Source of the DNA: Marsupella aquatica
Taxonomy: Eukaryota; Plantae; Marchantiophyta
DNA length: 64,000 nt
Direction of reading: 5' to 3'
Assembly: GCA_973895155.1 (NCBI GenBank)
Contig: OZ316899.1
Coordinates: 14,759,934 to 14,823,933, forward strand
Shown here: positions 37,346 through 48,095 of the stretch, piece by piece
Layout of the letters: each line of letters starts with the position of its first letter
Numbering within the stretch: the stretch's first letter is position 1
Notes under the pieces: generated by a model
What the model saw: only the letters and a program-made list of their open reading frames with translations
Database searches by the model: none
What the model was told of the DNA's origin: nothing
Made by a program: the position numbers and the translations under genes

Positions 37346-39202
37346 CTAATCCTCCTCTTCTTCTTCGCTCTCGGTGCCCGGACTTGTGCCCCGTGAGTGG
37401 TCCTCCTCCTCATCACTCACGGGAGTGAGTGCCACCGTACTTTTCTTCTTCTTCGACGGAGTACTCTTAGTGCTGCTGCTCCCGCGCTTCCTCAAAGCAG
37501 CCAAGGCCTGCCACGCCTTGATGTACCCCTCACCAATTGTGTCCTTCCAGAGGGTAGCCTCTTCTCCGGACCGCAACTCCAACGGTAGAACTTGCCCCGT
37601 GGCCATGGGAGTCCCGGGGGTGACAGACCTGGGTGGCATCCCCGTACTGACCTGAGCCTCCCGTAACGATTTCCGTACCTCCCGGAGCTTCTTCTCCAAG
37701 CTCTTACTCTTCTCCTGACTCTTCTTGGCTCCATCCAACAAGGGTCCATACTTCCCACTAACCTCCTTCACCACCATCTCGATAGCTTGGGAGATCACAT
37801 CCGGGGAAAGTGTGGAGCCAGGTGTGCCGGGACTCTTCCGTTTCCCTAGACTCAGGGCCTCACTTCTCTTCGCTCGTGTCTCAAAGGCTGCCACCTGACT
37901 CCGTAGTGCTCCCACCTGGTTCCTCCACTCCATCACTTCTCCAGAATTTTGCTTCTCTTTGGCCAATGCTTGCCTCAACGCTCCTACTTCTTCTGCTTCC
38001 TTGGCCTTGGTGGACAAAGCTCCCTTCAAGTTGGTGATCTCTACGTGAGCTGCATTGATGTGCCTGACCTTCTCATGAATGGTCTGCTCCTTGGTCTTGA
38101 TCACCTCCTTCAGTGACAGGATGCTCTGCTCTAACGTCTCTACTTTGACTGTGGCGTGCTTGAGAGACTCCCTCAATGCGTGGACTAGCTTGAGTCCCTC
38201 GTGGACTCCCTCTCTGAAATCCCGTAGCTCTGCCAAGTAAACATCCGGAATGTTGTATTCCAGAGGCTGTTTCGGATCTCCCACGAGTGATTCAAGCCAC
38301 TCCAATGTGCAATCATCCTCCTGGTTCTCTTCTTCTCTATTATCCTCCCCACCAGCAGACAATGATTCCTCCGTGAGCTTCCCTAAAACAGTAGTGGCAA
38401 TACTCCGGATCTCCGTGGTGAGAGATGATCCCGTGTCTTCATGCCCCGGAGAACCAATCAACCCTTCTGCCCTGGCCAATACAAATGACCCCATCAAATG
38501 TACAGCCCCACCTGGTTTCACACTCCCGGGCTCAGCGGCCAATAGCTTCTTCAATCCGTAGCACCACCATCCGTACACATGGGCTGGGTAGTTCTTGATG
38601 TCCATAGCTACCACGAAATGCTCCTCATTCAGCACTCCGGATTGCACGTTGCCAAGAACCCGTTGATGCACCTTGGCCAGGAAGCCCTTATACTCAACAT
38701 CCTTGACAGCAGAAAGAGGGATGGCGGTGGTGGAGGTAGGATTGGTCACCCAAGTGGCCACCATTTTCAACGTGAGTTCTCCCCTGATATTCCGAGGTGT
38801 GAATGAGAATTTCTGATTCTCAAGAAACAATAGCTTAGCCAACTCCACATGGGGCACTACACGTTTGAGACATTCAAAGTAGATTCCCTCCGTTCGGAAC
38901 TCCATCCCGGCCTCAATGTCCCAGCTCTTCCCTGAAGGGATGGTAATCTCCACCTTCATGAATTCTGTAAGCCCGGTGGCTTGGAAAATGTTCCGACAAT
39001 CCTCCATCACCTTGGTGGAGGTCTTGGGATAAATTCGACGAAAAATCTTCCTACCCACCGGTGAGGAACCCGCTGCCAATCCCGTGCTCATCATAACTTC
39101 TCTCTCTTCCCTTTCCCGTGTAATCCGAGTCTCCACGTAGTCACGGTAAGCAGCCTTGTATCTCCGAATGCGTGACGCACTAAACTCTGGTTGATCTAGC
39201 AT
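37346..39202 (-). CDS. 618-aa LTR-encoded accessory protein (coiled-coil C-half, basic KKKK tail), 3' LTR copy
   Basis: Uninterrupted ORF, sense to gag-pol, fully inside the LTR; function unknown. Confidence 0.8.
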   Translation of the reverse strand: MLDQPEFSASRIRRYKAAYRDYVETRITREREEREVMMSTGLAAGSSPVGRKIFRRIYPKTSTKVMEDCRNIFQATGLTEFMKVEITIPSGKSWDIEAGMEFRTEGIYFECLKRVVPHVELAKLLFLENQKFSFTPRNIRGELTLKMVATWVTNPTSTTAIPLSAVKDVEYKGFLAKVHQRVLGNVQSGVLNEEHFVVAMDIKNYPAHVYGWWCYGLKKLLAAEPGSVKPGGAVHLMGSFVLARAEGLIGSPGHEDTGSSLTTEIRSIATTVLGKLTEESLSAGGEDNREEENQEDDCTLEWLESLVGDPKQPLEYNIPDVYLAELRDFREGVHEGLKLVHALRESLKHATVKVETLEQSILSLKEVIKTKEQTIHEKVRHINAAHVEITNLKGALSTKAKEAEEVGALRQALAKEKQNSGEVMEWRNQVGALRSQVAAFETRAKRSEALSLGKRKSPGTPGSTLSPDVISQAIEMVVKEVSGKYGPLLDGAKKSQEKSKSLEKKLREVRKSLREAQVSTGMPPRSVTPGTPMATGQVLPLELRSGEEATLWKDTIGEGYIKAWQALAALRKRGSSSTKSTPSKKKKSTVALTPVSDEEEDHSRGTSPGTESEEEEED

Positions 39203-39639
39203 CCATGCATCCCGAAATCAATTTCTCAATCACCAATCCCGTCACCCGTGGCAATGTCAATTCCCTGGCCCGAAACAGCCCCCGTAGCCCGATCACTTAA
39301 ATTCTCTCAATTTCCCGTCACTACTCCGTGCGGCCGCCACTAATGCCTGGAAGAATGACGCCAGCAAGCCCCACTAATCCACCATGAAAGAGAGAGCTTC
39401 AAAAATAATTAGAATCTGGAGAGAGCTTCCGGCAAGAGAGAGAAGAACCCCGTTTTTGCTTTCGGCAATGAGAGGGTCGTGCAAAAGGAAGAGGGAAAGA
39501 AAAAGGAAGGAAAAAAAAAAAAAAATAGAACCGAAAAAACTCCTGGCGCCTTCGCCATGCGCCCCGGCCCATTTCTCGGGCCTTACCCTTGCGTCCTCCT
39601 GCGCGCGGCCCTATGCAGGGCGCGCGGCCATTCCTCCCG

Positions 39640-39866
39640 GCTCGCGGGAGGCCCTTCAACTCCCCCCCGCTCGCGTGATCCTCCCAGCTCGCGGGAGGCC
39701 CTTTAACTCCCCCCCGCTCGCGTGATCCTCCCAGCTCGCGGGAGGCCCTTTAACTCCCCCCCGCTCGCGTGATCCTCCCAGCTCGCGGGAGGCCCTTTAA
39801 CTCCCCCCCGCTCGCGTGATCCTCCCAGCTCGCGGGAGGCCCTTTAACTCCCCCCCCCCCGCTCGC
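39640..39866. repeat. 47-bp GC-rich tandem array in 3' LTR (4 units plus partial)
   Basis: ctcccccccgctcgcgtgatcctcccagctcgcgggaggccctttaa repeated. Confidence 0.95.
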
Positions 39867-40330
39867 TTGCGCTCCTTCAGCTCGCGGAGCCTCATTAATT
39901 GCCCGGGCACGCAGCCCTATGGGCTCGCGAGGCAGCCCCTTCAGCTCGCGGAGCCCCATTAATCGCCCGGGCACGCAGCCCTATGGGCTCGCGAGGCAGC
40001 CCCTCTTTCTCTCGGACGGCCACTAATGGGACTCGCCCTCCTGAGGAGGGATTTATTTAAAAAAAAACCCCCCCCTCTCCTGACTTTGCAATGGGGGTCT
40101 CAACAATAGCTCTTGAAGCAAAACGGTAAGTCCTATGGGGCTGGTCCTGGCTAGTTTCAAGGTCCCAAAATATTTGCCCACTTAGGTCGCCGCAAATCTT
40201 AGAACTATTATGAGAGAAAGAATATAAAGTCACCTGGGGCATCATCAACCTATAATGACGGAATTAACTAAAAATTAAAAAATGGCTTATTTACATTGAC
40301 TATTAACAAGGTATCGGCCTTTGCAACCAG

Positions 40331-43300
40331 TTATGTGTGACTTCCCGTGACGGGGTACCCGTCACATAGCTCCTCTCTTAATTGCGAAGCGCCCCCGCGA
40401 GCACCATACTCTTCCTCCGTGTAGTACTTCTTTAGGCGCTCTTGATTGATCCGTGTGTTGAGTAGTTGCCCCTCCAATGTCTTGAGTTGAACCGAGCCGT
40501 TGGAGTAGACGGCATCCACTACGTAGGGTCCCATCCACCGTGTATGCAACTTCCCGGGGAAATGCATGAAGCGGCTATCGTAGAGGAGCACCAAATCTCC
40601 CTCCTCAATGGACACACGACGGAGACGGGAATCGTAATGTGACTTGCGTTTGCCTTGCTCCTGCTCCGTATGTGTCAAAGCCTCTTCTCGTGTCTCCGTG
40701 AGTTGCTCCAACTGTTGGATCCGTGAAGCGACACTTTCTTCTGCCCCTTCCCTTTCCCGTGTTAGGATTCGAATGGTTGGAACCTCAAATTCCACCGGCA
40801 CAAGAGAGTGTTGTCCAAACACAAGGAAATAGGGGCTGTGGCCCGTGGTAGTCTTGTGAGCCAGGTTGTAAGCGTAAGTGGCAGCCAACAACTTCAAATC
40901 CCAATCGGTCTTGTGAGCGGATACCGTTTTGTTGAGGATCTTGCCCATGATCCCGTTGGCTCTCTCAGTGAGCCCGTTGGCTCGAGGGTGGTACGGAGTG
41001 GTCTTCCTATGTGAGATCAAGTAGTTCTCCGTCAAACGTTCAATCGTATGATTGAGGAAGTGAGTACCCCTGTCACTTACCAACTCCAATGGTGGACCAA
41101 ATCGTGTAAAAATCTGCTCATACAAAAAACGTGCCGTGGTGTTGGCATCATCCTTGGCAGTAGCTCGGGCCTCCACCCACTTGGTGGCATAGTCCGTTGC
41201 AAGAATGATGTAGCGCTTCCTCCCTCTTCGTGTGATGGGAGTGAAAGGGCCAATGAAGTCCACCCCCCACTTCTCAAAGGGTGCAAGAGGAAGTATGGGC
41301 ACCAATGGGTGTCGTGAGGAGGGCCCTGGTTTGCCTTGACGCTGGCACGGATCACATCGCTGGATGTACCGGTGTACATCCCGAAAGAGAGTTGGCCACC
41401 AATATCCAGCATCTAGTATTTTCCTTGCGGTGGTCTCCCGTGCAAAGTGGCCACCAGCTTCCTCCTCATGTAATGCTGCCATGACTGTACGTATCTCCGC
41501 TTCCTCCAAACAACGACGAAGTCGGCCATCCATGCCGTACTTGTGAAGTACTCCCTTCACAAGCAAGTAGGGACCTGTCTTACGCAAAAACACTGCTGCT
41601 CTCTCCGGGCCCAAACGTGAGGGAACTCTAGCCGTGCGGAGAAATTCCAAAATTTCTCCATACCAAGTAGTGGCCTCTGTATTCACGCTGAACACTTCCT
41701 CATCCGGGAACCGATCATCAATCTCCTGGGAGTCAGATGCTCCCTCAATACGGGAGAAGAAGTCTGCATTGCTATGACTCTTCCCCGATCTTACTCTCAC
41801 CTCATAGTTGAACTCTTGTAGCAACAAAACCCAACGTGCAATTCTCCCGGACAGATCTGGCTTGTTGACCATGTATTTCAAGCTGTTGTGATCCGTGTGG
41901 AACACAACCTTGTACCCCAACAAATAATGACGATACTTCTTACAAGCGTAGATGATACCAAGTGCCTCCCTATCGGTGGGTGAGTAGTTTTTCTCTGCCG
42001 GGGCCAACTGCCTACTGGCAAAGTAGATGGGATGGTCTCTTCCATCATCATCTAACTGACTCAAAACGGCACCGATGCAAAATCCTGATACGTCTACGTA
42101 AACATGGAATTCCTTATTCCAATTGGGCGTAATGAGCACGGGGGCCTCTAGCAATCGTTTCTTCAATTCATCAAAAGCAGCCTGACGGGAAGGAGTAGGT
42201 TCAAACTCACTTCCTTTTTTCAACATGGAAGTGAGTGGCATGGCTACCTTGGCAAAGTCTTTGATGAAGCGTCGGTAGTAGCCAACACACCCCAAGAACC
42301 CTCTCACTTCCTTCACATTCTTGGGAAATGAGACTGCTACCCACACGGCGACCTTCTCACGATCAACTTCAATCCCTCGTGCAGACACTTTGTGGCCCAA
42401 TAGGATTCCCTCCTCAATTCCAAAGAAACATTTCTCCGGATGCAGCTTCAGGCAAGTCTCCCGGCACCGCTGAAAAGTCAACCGTAAGTGTTCCGGATGC
42501 TTGACTCGTTTGCCGTAGACAGCAAAGTCATCAATAAAGATCTCCAAGAACCTGCGTAAAAAGTCATGAAATATATTCATCATGAGCCGTTGGAACATGC
42601 CAGGGGCATTGCACAACCCAAAAGGCATTCTCCGGAATGCAAAAATCCCCCACTCTGTTGTGAAAGCCGTCTTGAGTTGGTCCTCCTCCCGTATCCAGAT
42701 TTGGTTGTACCCAGAGTAGCCATCCAAGAAGCTGTATATCTCCCAACCTGCTACCATGTCCAACACGATATCCGTGAACGGTAGCGGGTAGTGATCCTTC
42801 TTGGTCGCATCATTCAACTTTCGAAAATCTTGGCACACCCGTATTTTCACCTTCCCGTCTGGCCCCTTTTTCTTGGGCACGATTACGATGGGTGACACCC
42901 ACTCACTATGCATGACCGGATAAATGAATCCTGCATCCAACAAACGGTCAATCTCCTCCTTCACCATGAGTGAGTATTTGGGGTTGAGGCGGTATTGGCG
43001 TTGCCTCACAGGTCGTGCTCCTGACATCAGGTCAATGCTGTGCTCACCAAACTCAGGTGGCACTCCTTTCAAATCTTGGTGGCTCCACGCAAATACGTCT
43101 TGGTACTCTTTCAACAATTCCTGAATCGTGCGTTGCTCCGTAGCATCCAACTTACTACCAATGTTGAGTGTCTTGCCCTCACCCACTTCCACCTTTGTGT
43201 ACTGCTCCGGCCTGATCACGTCCAACTTGTTGCGTGTCTCCTCATCAAAGGTTTCTTCCAACCGTGCGAGCCTCATCCCTCCATACACCGGTGCATCACT

Positions 43301-46300
43301 CTCCTCCTGGTCTGGTCGGGATGGAGGTGGATCCTTTGTCACATGGGCCATTATTTCTTCAACGTCAGATTCTTTGTAATGTGACAATAGCTCCTCTCTA
43401 AAGTCATCATCCAGGATGTCATTCAAAAACTGCTCTCTTTGCTCATCATCAAACATGATCGTGTGGGCTTGCATTTCCACCTCCTCGGGGTGATCCTCTG
43501 CCTCCCTATCATGAATCTCTAGAGGTTCAGCCTCCACAATTTTGCTTCGCTCGTCTTCCATCTCTTCTAGAACAGCGTGCACTTGGCTAACTGATTCCTC
43601 TACTGCATGCTCTTGAGTAGCAACTCCGGGGCCAAAAACATCTTCCTCCGTGAGGTGAGAAATCAGTTTCACCATGTATACTTCATCCTCGTCTTCATCT
43701 GAGGTGACCTCTGAATCATATTCCTCCTCCATAGTCGTAGTCTCCCCGTGAGGTGACTCCGCTGACCATGGAATAGTGATAGTGGGGATACCAAACCGAA
43801 ACTGCCGTTTGCCCCAATCACTTGTGACCTTGGCCACATACAACCATGGCCTGCCAATTAAAATGGGAAAACCGTACGGCCGAACGGGTCGCATCACCAA
43901 ATAGTTGAGGGGGAAAGATTTTCCCCCAATCATTGTTGGAATCTTGGTGAGACACCCCAACGGCACCACCCGTGCACCATCAGCCAACCTCATGGCACGT
44001 GCCGGTGGTTCTAACTCTGTATACCCCAACCGGTTTGCCGTCTCCTCAGTCATGATGTTGACTCCCGAGCCCCCGTCCACCGGTACAAACCGTATTGCAC
44101 ATCCATTGATGTCCACCGTGAGTTCTGGGGCACCCAAATCCTCCGTGACCCAGTTGACTTGTATGGGGTCAGCCCCAACTTTGGGTAACCTTCTTCTACG
44201 TCTCCTCCTCATGAGAATCTCCTTGACTTGGCGACGGTATAGGGAGCTATCCCGTAATAGTTGACCAATTGTGGCACTGACTGGGCAATCCAGAATGTCT
44301 TGAGCAATGTTGTACGCGGTTGCAGGAGGTATGGGTGGGATGACCTCTTCTCCCGGTTTCCAACGAACAACCCTCTCCTCCGCTTTCTTTCTGGCCTTTG
44401 CCTCCTCCATGTCTTTGTCAATGGCCGCTTGCATGGCTTGTGCTTCTAGCTCCTCCAACTGCTTACGTACCTCTTCTCCCACCTTCGGATAGAACAACTT
44501 GGGGTTGTCCCGATCAAAGTCACTATCCTCCATGGGTGGCACCTCCGGTTCGTGTGAGGTACCCGATGTGGAAGCTTGATGCACCTCCTTGTACTTCTGC
44601 TTGAGCTCGGACTTGCCCTTCTTTTTGCCGGATCGAGTGGAGACTCGGTAACAAGAGTAATGCCTTCTCTCCTCGTCGCTGTCTTCCTCCGGTAGATTCT
44701 CAGCATGAGTCCACTCATGACTTGGGGGTGAGGGGTTAGCAACTTCAACTTCCGTAGATGTTGCAACAACAACCACCGGTATCTCAACAACTGGAGATAC
44801 TACAACGACTAGCGGTACCACCTCCTCCGTTATGGTGGTCATCCTTTGCTTGGGAATGTTCACTACGGTTTCTTCTCTTCTAGTGATTAGAGGGGTGTCG
44901 ACTGCTTCCGTGGTGAGAAAGTTGACGCTAGCTTCTTTCAGAGGAGGTGGCGGCCCCTTCTTCTCTTGTGCCCCAATCGGTTGAGCCTTGAACGCCTCCA
45001 AGGTTGGGCAGTGTGGTGCAAGATGACCCTCCCCCTTGCATAGTTGACACAGCCGGGCAAAATCTCCATTGCCTTGACGGGTGGGCTCTGGGCACACATT
45101 AGCGTAGTGGCCCGCCACTCTACAATTGTAACAAATAGGGATCTTCCTCACTCCAGGGTACGGTGGTCGATTCCCTGGGTTAGCGTTGGGATAGTTGGAG
45201 TATGCGGGTGCTCCGGCGTTTGTTGAAACTCCATGAATGCTCCGTGGTCCCGGGTTGAGAGGTTGTACACTATACACGTTGGCCTCTGGTGGCTCCTCCA
45301 TGAAGTACTCTATTGGCCCTTCCGCTGCATATGAAGGATTTGAGTAGCTTGCCCCCTCAACATCCTCCTCCCGTACTTGGAAAACCTTGGCTGGTTCTCC
45401 CGCTGGGCACTCCTTCGGGGCATGACCAAACTTCATGCACTTGGTGCACCACACATTGGCTCTCTCCACCGGAACTTTTCTCCTCTCAGGTTTGAGTCCG
45501 GCAAAATGTACTTTCAACGCTTTCATTTGCTCCGTCAGCTCATCATATCTGGCCTCTTGCTCCTTCAGGCGTCTTGCCGTAGACAATGGTGTAACGGCCA
45601 CCGTGGGTAGTATCACTTCACGGTGAGAGGACTTCTTGACTTTCTTTGACAACTTCTTCTTCTTCCTCCTTCGTCTTTCAGCTTCTGACTCCGTAGTGTC
45701 TGACTCTGTAGTACTCTCAGAATCCTCAGATTCATCACTACTATCTGAATCAGATCCACTCGACTCCTCACTGGAGGAACTGTCAACCGGCTTCAGCTTC
45801 TTTCTTTGGCAACGCTTGCTTGTGGCATCAGCTGCGGTGTATGACTCCGCTGCTGCAATAGCTTCAGCCAATGTGGTTGGCTTGGCTTGACGTACAAAGA
45901 ACCCCATCTTGCTTGGTAGGGCAGCCACAAACCAGGCTTGACGCATAGCATCATCGGTACGGGCTTGGATCCGACGTACCAGCTTTTGGAACCTTTGCAA
46001 AAACCTCCGTAATGACTCCTTCTTCTTCATCCTGAGTTGGCCCACCTTTAATAGTGAGGTGGCCTCCACTCCTATGGATCTGAACTCCTTCAAGAAGGCT
46101 TGCTTGAACAGAGCCCAATCAGCTTTCACGTTGGCCAACAACGAAATGAACCATGGACCTGCCTCCCCTCTCATCATTCCAGGAATGATAGTGAGCTTAT
46201 GTGCAGACTCCCCATTAGCTTCGGCAATCCCTTCAAACTCCTCAATCCATTCGTCTGGATCATCCTTTGGTCTCCCCTTGAAGGGTACGTACTGAACACG

Positions 46301-46729
46301 GGTACGTTGTGCAGCTGCCATCGGTGCAGCCGGTGCCTGTATCAACACAGGTGGTAATGGCGCTTGTTGGGCCACCGGTAACAGCACCGATGATAGGTGT
46401 GAGATGATTTGTGGCAATGCAGTGAGCTCTGGGATCAGATTTTGTAACTCAGACTGCACCAACACAAAGGGCTCTCCTTCTTCTCGCTCGTGATCTATGT
46501 CTGGCTCTTCGTCTGGGCATATGGCCTCATTACGTTGAGCCTCTTCCTGTTGCACACCAACTTGTTCTTCCAGCACCAGTGGCAACCTCCTCTCTTCTGC
46601 AAGCCGTAAGCGTTCTTCGGCAGCAACTCGTCGTCTGGTCCCAATCCAAGAGGGCCCCCCTTCTAGCTCTGATCTTGGGGTACGTGTGTGTTGGGGACTT
46701 CCTCTACCTCCCCTTCTCCCTCTCGGCAT
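40331..46729 (-). CDS. gag-pol: Gag-pol polyprotein, 2132 aa (gag, three CCHC knuckles, protease, RT, RNase H, integrase)
   Basis: CTKCMKFGHAPKEC, CYNCRVAGHYANVC, CQLCKGEGHLAPHC; VDGGSG; MPFGLCNAP/FIDD; VDVS..DREAL..TDH; WGVDFIGP/SDRG/GLTER; WMGPY; stop lies 36 nt inside the 3' LTR. Confidence 0.97.
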   Translation of the reverse strand: MPRGRRGGRGSPQHTRTPRSELEGGPSWIGTRRRVAAEERLRLAEERRLPLVLEEQVGVQQEEAQRNEAICPDEEPDIDHEREEGEPFVLVQSELQNLIPELTALPQIISHLSSVLLPVAQQAPLPPVLIQAPAAPMAAAQRTRVQYVPFKGRPKDDPDEWIEEFEGIAEANGESAHKLTIIPGMMRGEAGPWFISLLANVKADWALFKQAFLKEFRSIGVEATSLLKVGQLRMKKKESLRRFLQRFQKLVRRIQARTDDAMRQAWFVAALPSKMGFFVRQAKPTTLAEAIAAAESYTAADATSKRCQRKKLKPVDSSSSEESSGSDSDSSDESEDSESTTESDTTESEAERRRRKKKKLSKKVKKSSHREVILPTVAVTPLSTARRLKEQEARYDELTEQMKALKVHFAGLKPERRKVPVERANVWCTKCMKFGHAPKECPAGEPAKVFQVREEDVEGASYSNPSYAAEGPIEYFMEEPPEANVYSVQPLNPGPRSIHGVSTNAGAPAYSNYPNANPGNRPPYPGVRKIPICYNCRVAGHYANVCPEPTRQGNGDFARLCQLCKGEGHLAPHCPTLEAFKAQPIGAQEKKGPPPPLKEASVNFLTTEAVDTPLITRREETVVNIPKQRMTTITEEVVPLVVVVSPVVEIPVVVVATSTEVEVANPSPPSHEWTHAENLPEEDSDEERRHYSCYRVSTRSGKKKGKSELKQKYKEVHQASTSGTSHEPEVPPMEDSDFDRDNPKLFYPKVGEEVRKQLEELEAQAMQAAIDKDMEEAKARKKAEERVVRWKPGEEVIPPIPPATAYNIAQDILDCPVSATIGQLLRDSSLYRRQVKEILMRRRRRRRLPKVGADPIQVNWVTEDLGAPELTVDINGCAIRFVPVDGGSGVNIMTEETANRLGYTELEPPARAMRLADGARVVPLGCLTKIPTMIGGKSFPLNYLVMRPVRPYGFPILIGRPWLYVAKVTSDWGKRQFRFGIPTITIPWSAESPHGETTTMEEEYDSEVTSDEDEDEVYMVKLISHLTEEDVFGPGVATQEHAVEESVSQVHAVLEEMEDERSKIVEAEPLEIHDREAEDHPEEVEMQAHTIMFDDEQREQFLNDILDDDFREELLSHYKESDVEEIMAHVTKDPPPSRPDQEESDAPVYGGMRLARLEETFDEETRNKLDVIRPEQYTKVEVGEGKTLNIGSKLDATEQRTIQELLKEYQDVFAWSHQDLKGVPPEFGEHSIDLMSGARPVRQRQYRLNPKYSLMVKEEIDRLLDAGFIYPVMHSEWVSPIVIVPKKKGPDGKVKIRVCQDFRKLNDATKKDHYPLPFTDIVLDMVAGWEIYSFLDGYSGYNQIWIREEDQLKTAFTTEWGIFAFRRMPFGLCNAPGMFQRLMMNIFHDFLRRFLEIFIDDFAVYGKRVKHPEHLRLTFQRCRETCLKLHPEKCFFGIEEGILLGHKVSARGIEVDREKVAVWVAVSFPKNVKEVRGFLGCVGYYRRFIKDFAKVAMPLTSMLKKGSEFEPTPSRQAAFDELKKRLLEAPVLITPNWNKEFHVYVDVSGFCIGAVLSQLDDDGRDHPIYFASRQLAPAEKNYSPTDREALGIIYACKKYRHYLLGYKVVFHTDHNSLKYMVNKPDLSGRIARWVLLLQEFNYEVRVRSGKSHSNADFFSRIEGASDSQEIDDRFPDEEVFSVNTEATTWYGEILEFLRTARVPSRLGPERAAVFLRKTGPYLLVKGVLHKYGMDGRLRRCLEEAEIRTVMAALHEEEAGGHFARETTARKILDAGYWWPTLFRDVHRYIQRCDPCQRQGKPGPSSRHPLVPILPLAPFEKWGVDFIGPFTPITRRGRKRYIILATDYATKWVEARATAKDDANTTARFLYEQIFTRFGPPLELVSDRGTHFLNHTIERLTENYLISHRKTTPYHPRANGLTERANGIMGKILNKTVSAHKTDWDLKLLAATYAYNLAHKTTTGHSPYFLVFGQHSLVPVEFEVPTIRILTREREGAEESVASRIQQLEQLTETREEALTHTEQEQGKRKSHYDSRLRRVSIEEGDLVLLYDSRFMHFPGKLHTRWMGPYVVDAVYSNGSVQLKTLEGQLLNTRINQERLKKYYTEEEYGARGGASQLREELCDGYPVTGSHT

Positions 46730-46946
46730 CCCATTGAGACCTGCATTCCAAACTTACACCAATGTCTCAGAAAGCAATATTTGTAAACATCAACCGTCGC
46801 ACGATGCGTTGTGGTTGACGTACAATAACAAAGTAACCAACAAACTTCTCACGTATCAACCGTCGCAAGTTGCGTTGTGGTTGATAGGTTTGAACTCCCA
46901 ATAGACGTAGCTCCCCTCCTTCGTGTCGTCAAACAAGAAGAAGGAT

Positions 46947-46964
46947 TCCCCGGCAGCGGCGCCA
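46947..46964 (-). promoter_or_regulatory. Primer binding site, tRNA-Asp type
   Basis: TGGCGCCGCTGCCGGGGA, one mismatch to the Athila-type TGGCGCCGTTGCCGGGGA; 20 nt from the LTR edge. Confidence 0.85.
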
Positions 46965-48095
46965 AAAACAAAAGACCACACTTATGTCACTTGCCTCTCC
47001 AACGGTTAATACGTGCAAACCGCACTTTTCTTCGCTTAAACCGTTGGTATCGTATTACGGGGTCGTGGAGGGACGCTATTTGGATTCTTTTCACACCAGG
47101 ATGAGTATTTTGGTTTCCGCTCCCGGAAATGTAGGTTTTGATCAAGTCTACCGACTACCCTCACCCCACAGCTTTTGATCAAGTCCTGCCGACTACCCCA
47201 CTACACCTTCACTCGGAGTCACCCAAAGAGTGCTGTCACCACCCCTACTCACAAGGCCGACTCAAACCAAGCAAGTTTCTTCAAATCATAGAACGGGAGA
47301 ACACAATTCGGAAAGCGAAAAAGGGAGAAGGAACACACAACAAAAGCCCATCAAGTCAAATGTACAGATCCATATCTCTTGGGAAAAACGATACACATTG
47401 CATGAGTAACCCGGCCTCCTGCCGTCTACTCAACTCCTGCCTCTCCGGACAATGAGTATGGCTCCCCCTCACTACTCTGAACACGCTTTCAAACTCCTCA
47501 GGCTCCACTCTATCCCTCCTTGCTAACTTCACACTGAGTCCCCCTAACTACTTCGGGGCTATCCCCCTAAATACTGAAAAATCACACCAAAGCACCCCTC
47601 ACAGGGTCACAACGGTGGCGGCTACCCTAGCGGCGCCGCTAAAACCTTGCACTAAGAGAAATCCTTAAACTGAAGAGGAGCATGCGGCACACACATGCTG
47701 CTAAAACCCTAAACCCAAAACAAGGGGGCCGACGGTGCCTTCGACGGCGCCCCAACAGTACACGTGAACCCTGAAAGTGAGAGGCACCCCAAAATGGCCG
47801 AAACTAGGTGCCCTTCCAAGTGCACACCTGAGCTCACCCCTGGATAGCTCTTCTTTTCCTGCTTCCGAATCACTAAGTCGCTCCCTCAACGGACTTCAGA
47901 CGCCTGAGTTATGGCCGTTTCCGTACCGCAAAAACATAAGTTCTCCAGGCCATAACTTGCTCATCCTGGCTCCGTTTGAGGAGCGCCGCCTCTTGTTGGA
48001 ATCAGCTCCGCGAGCTCATCCCAACAAGCCCATGAGTGACCCCCCACTAAAATGTTGGAAATCTGGAGGCCGTACACCCACGTCCGTACGCCTAT

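Larger units (their letters stand above)
36235..40366 (-). repeat. 3' LTR (4132 bp)
   Basis: Direct repeat of 46985-51164. Confidence 0.97.

Noticed and set aside
39640-40010. 47-bp array as a CRISPR-like array
   Set aside because: Units are contiguous with no unique spacers; eukaryotic LTR context
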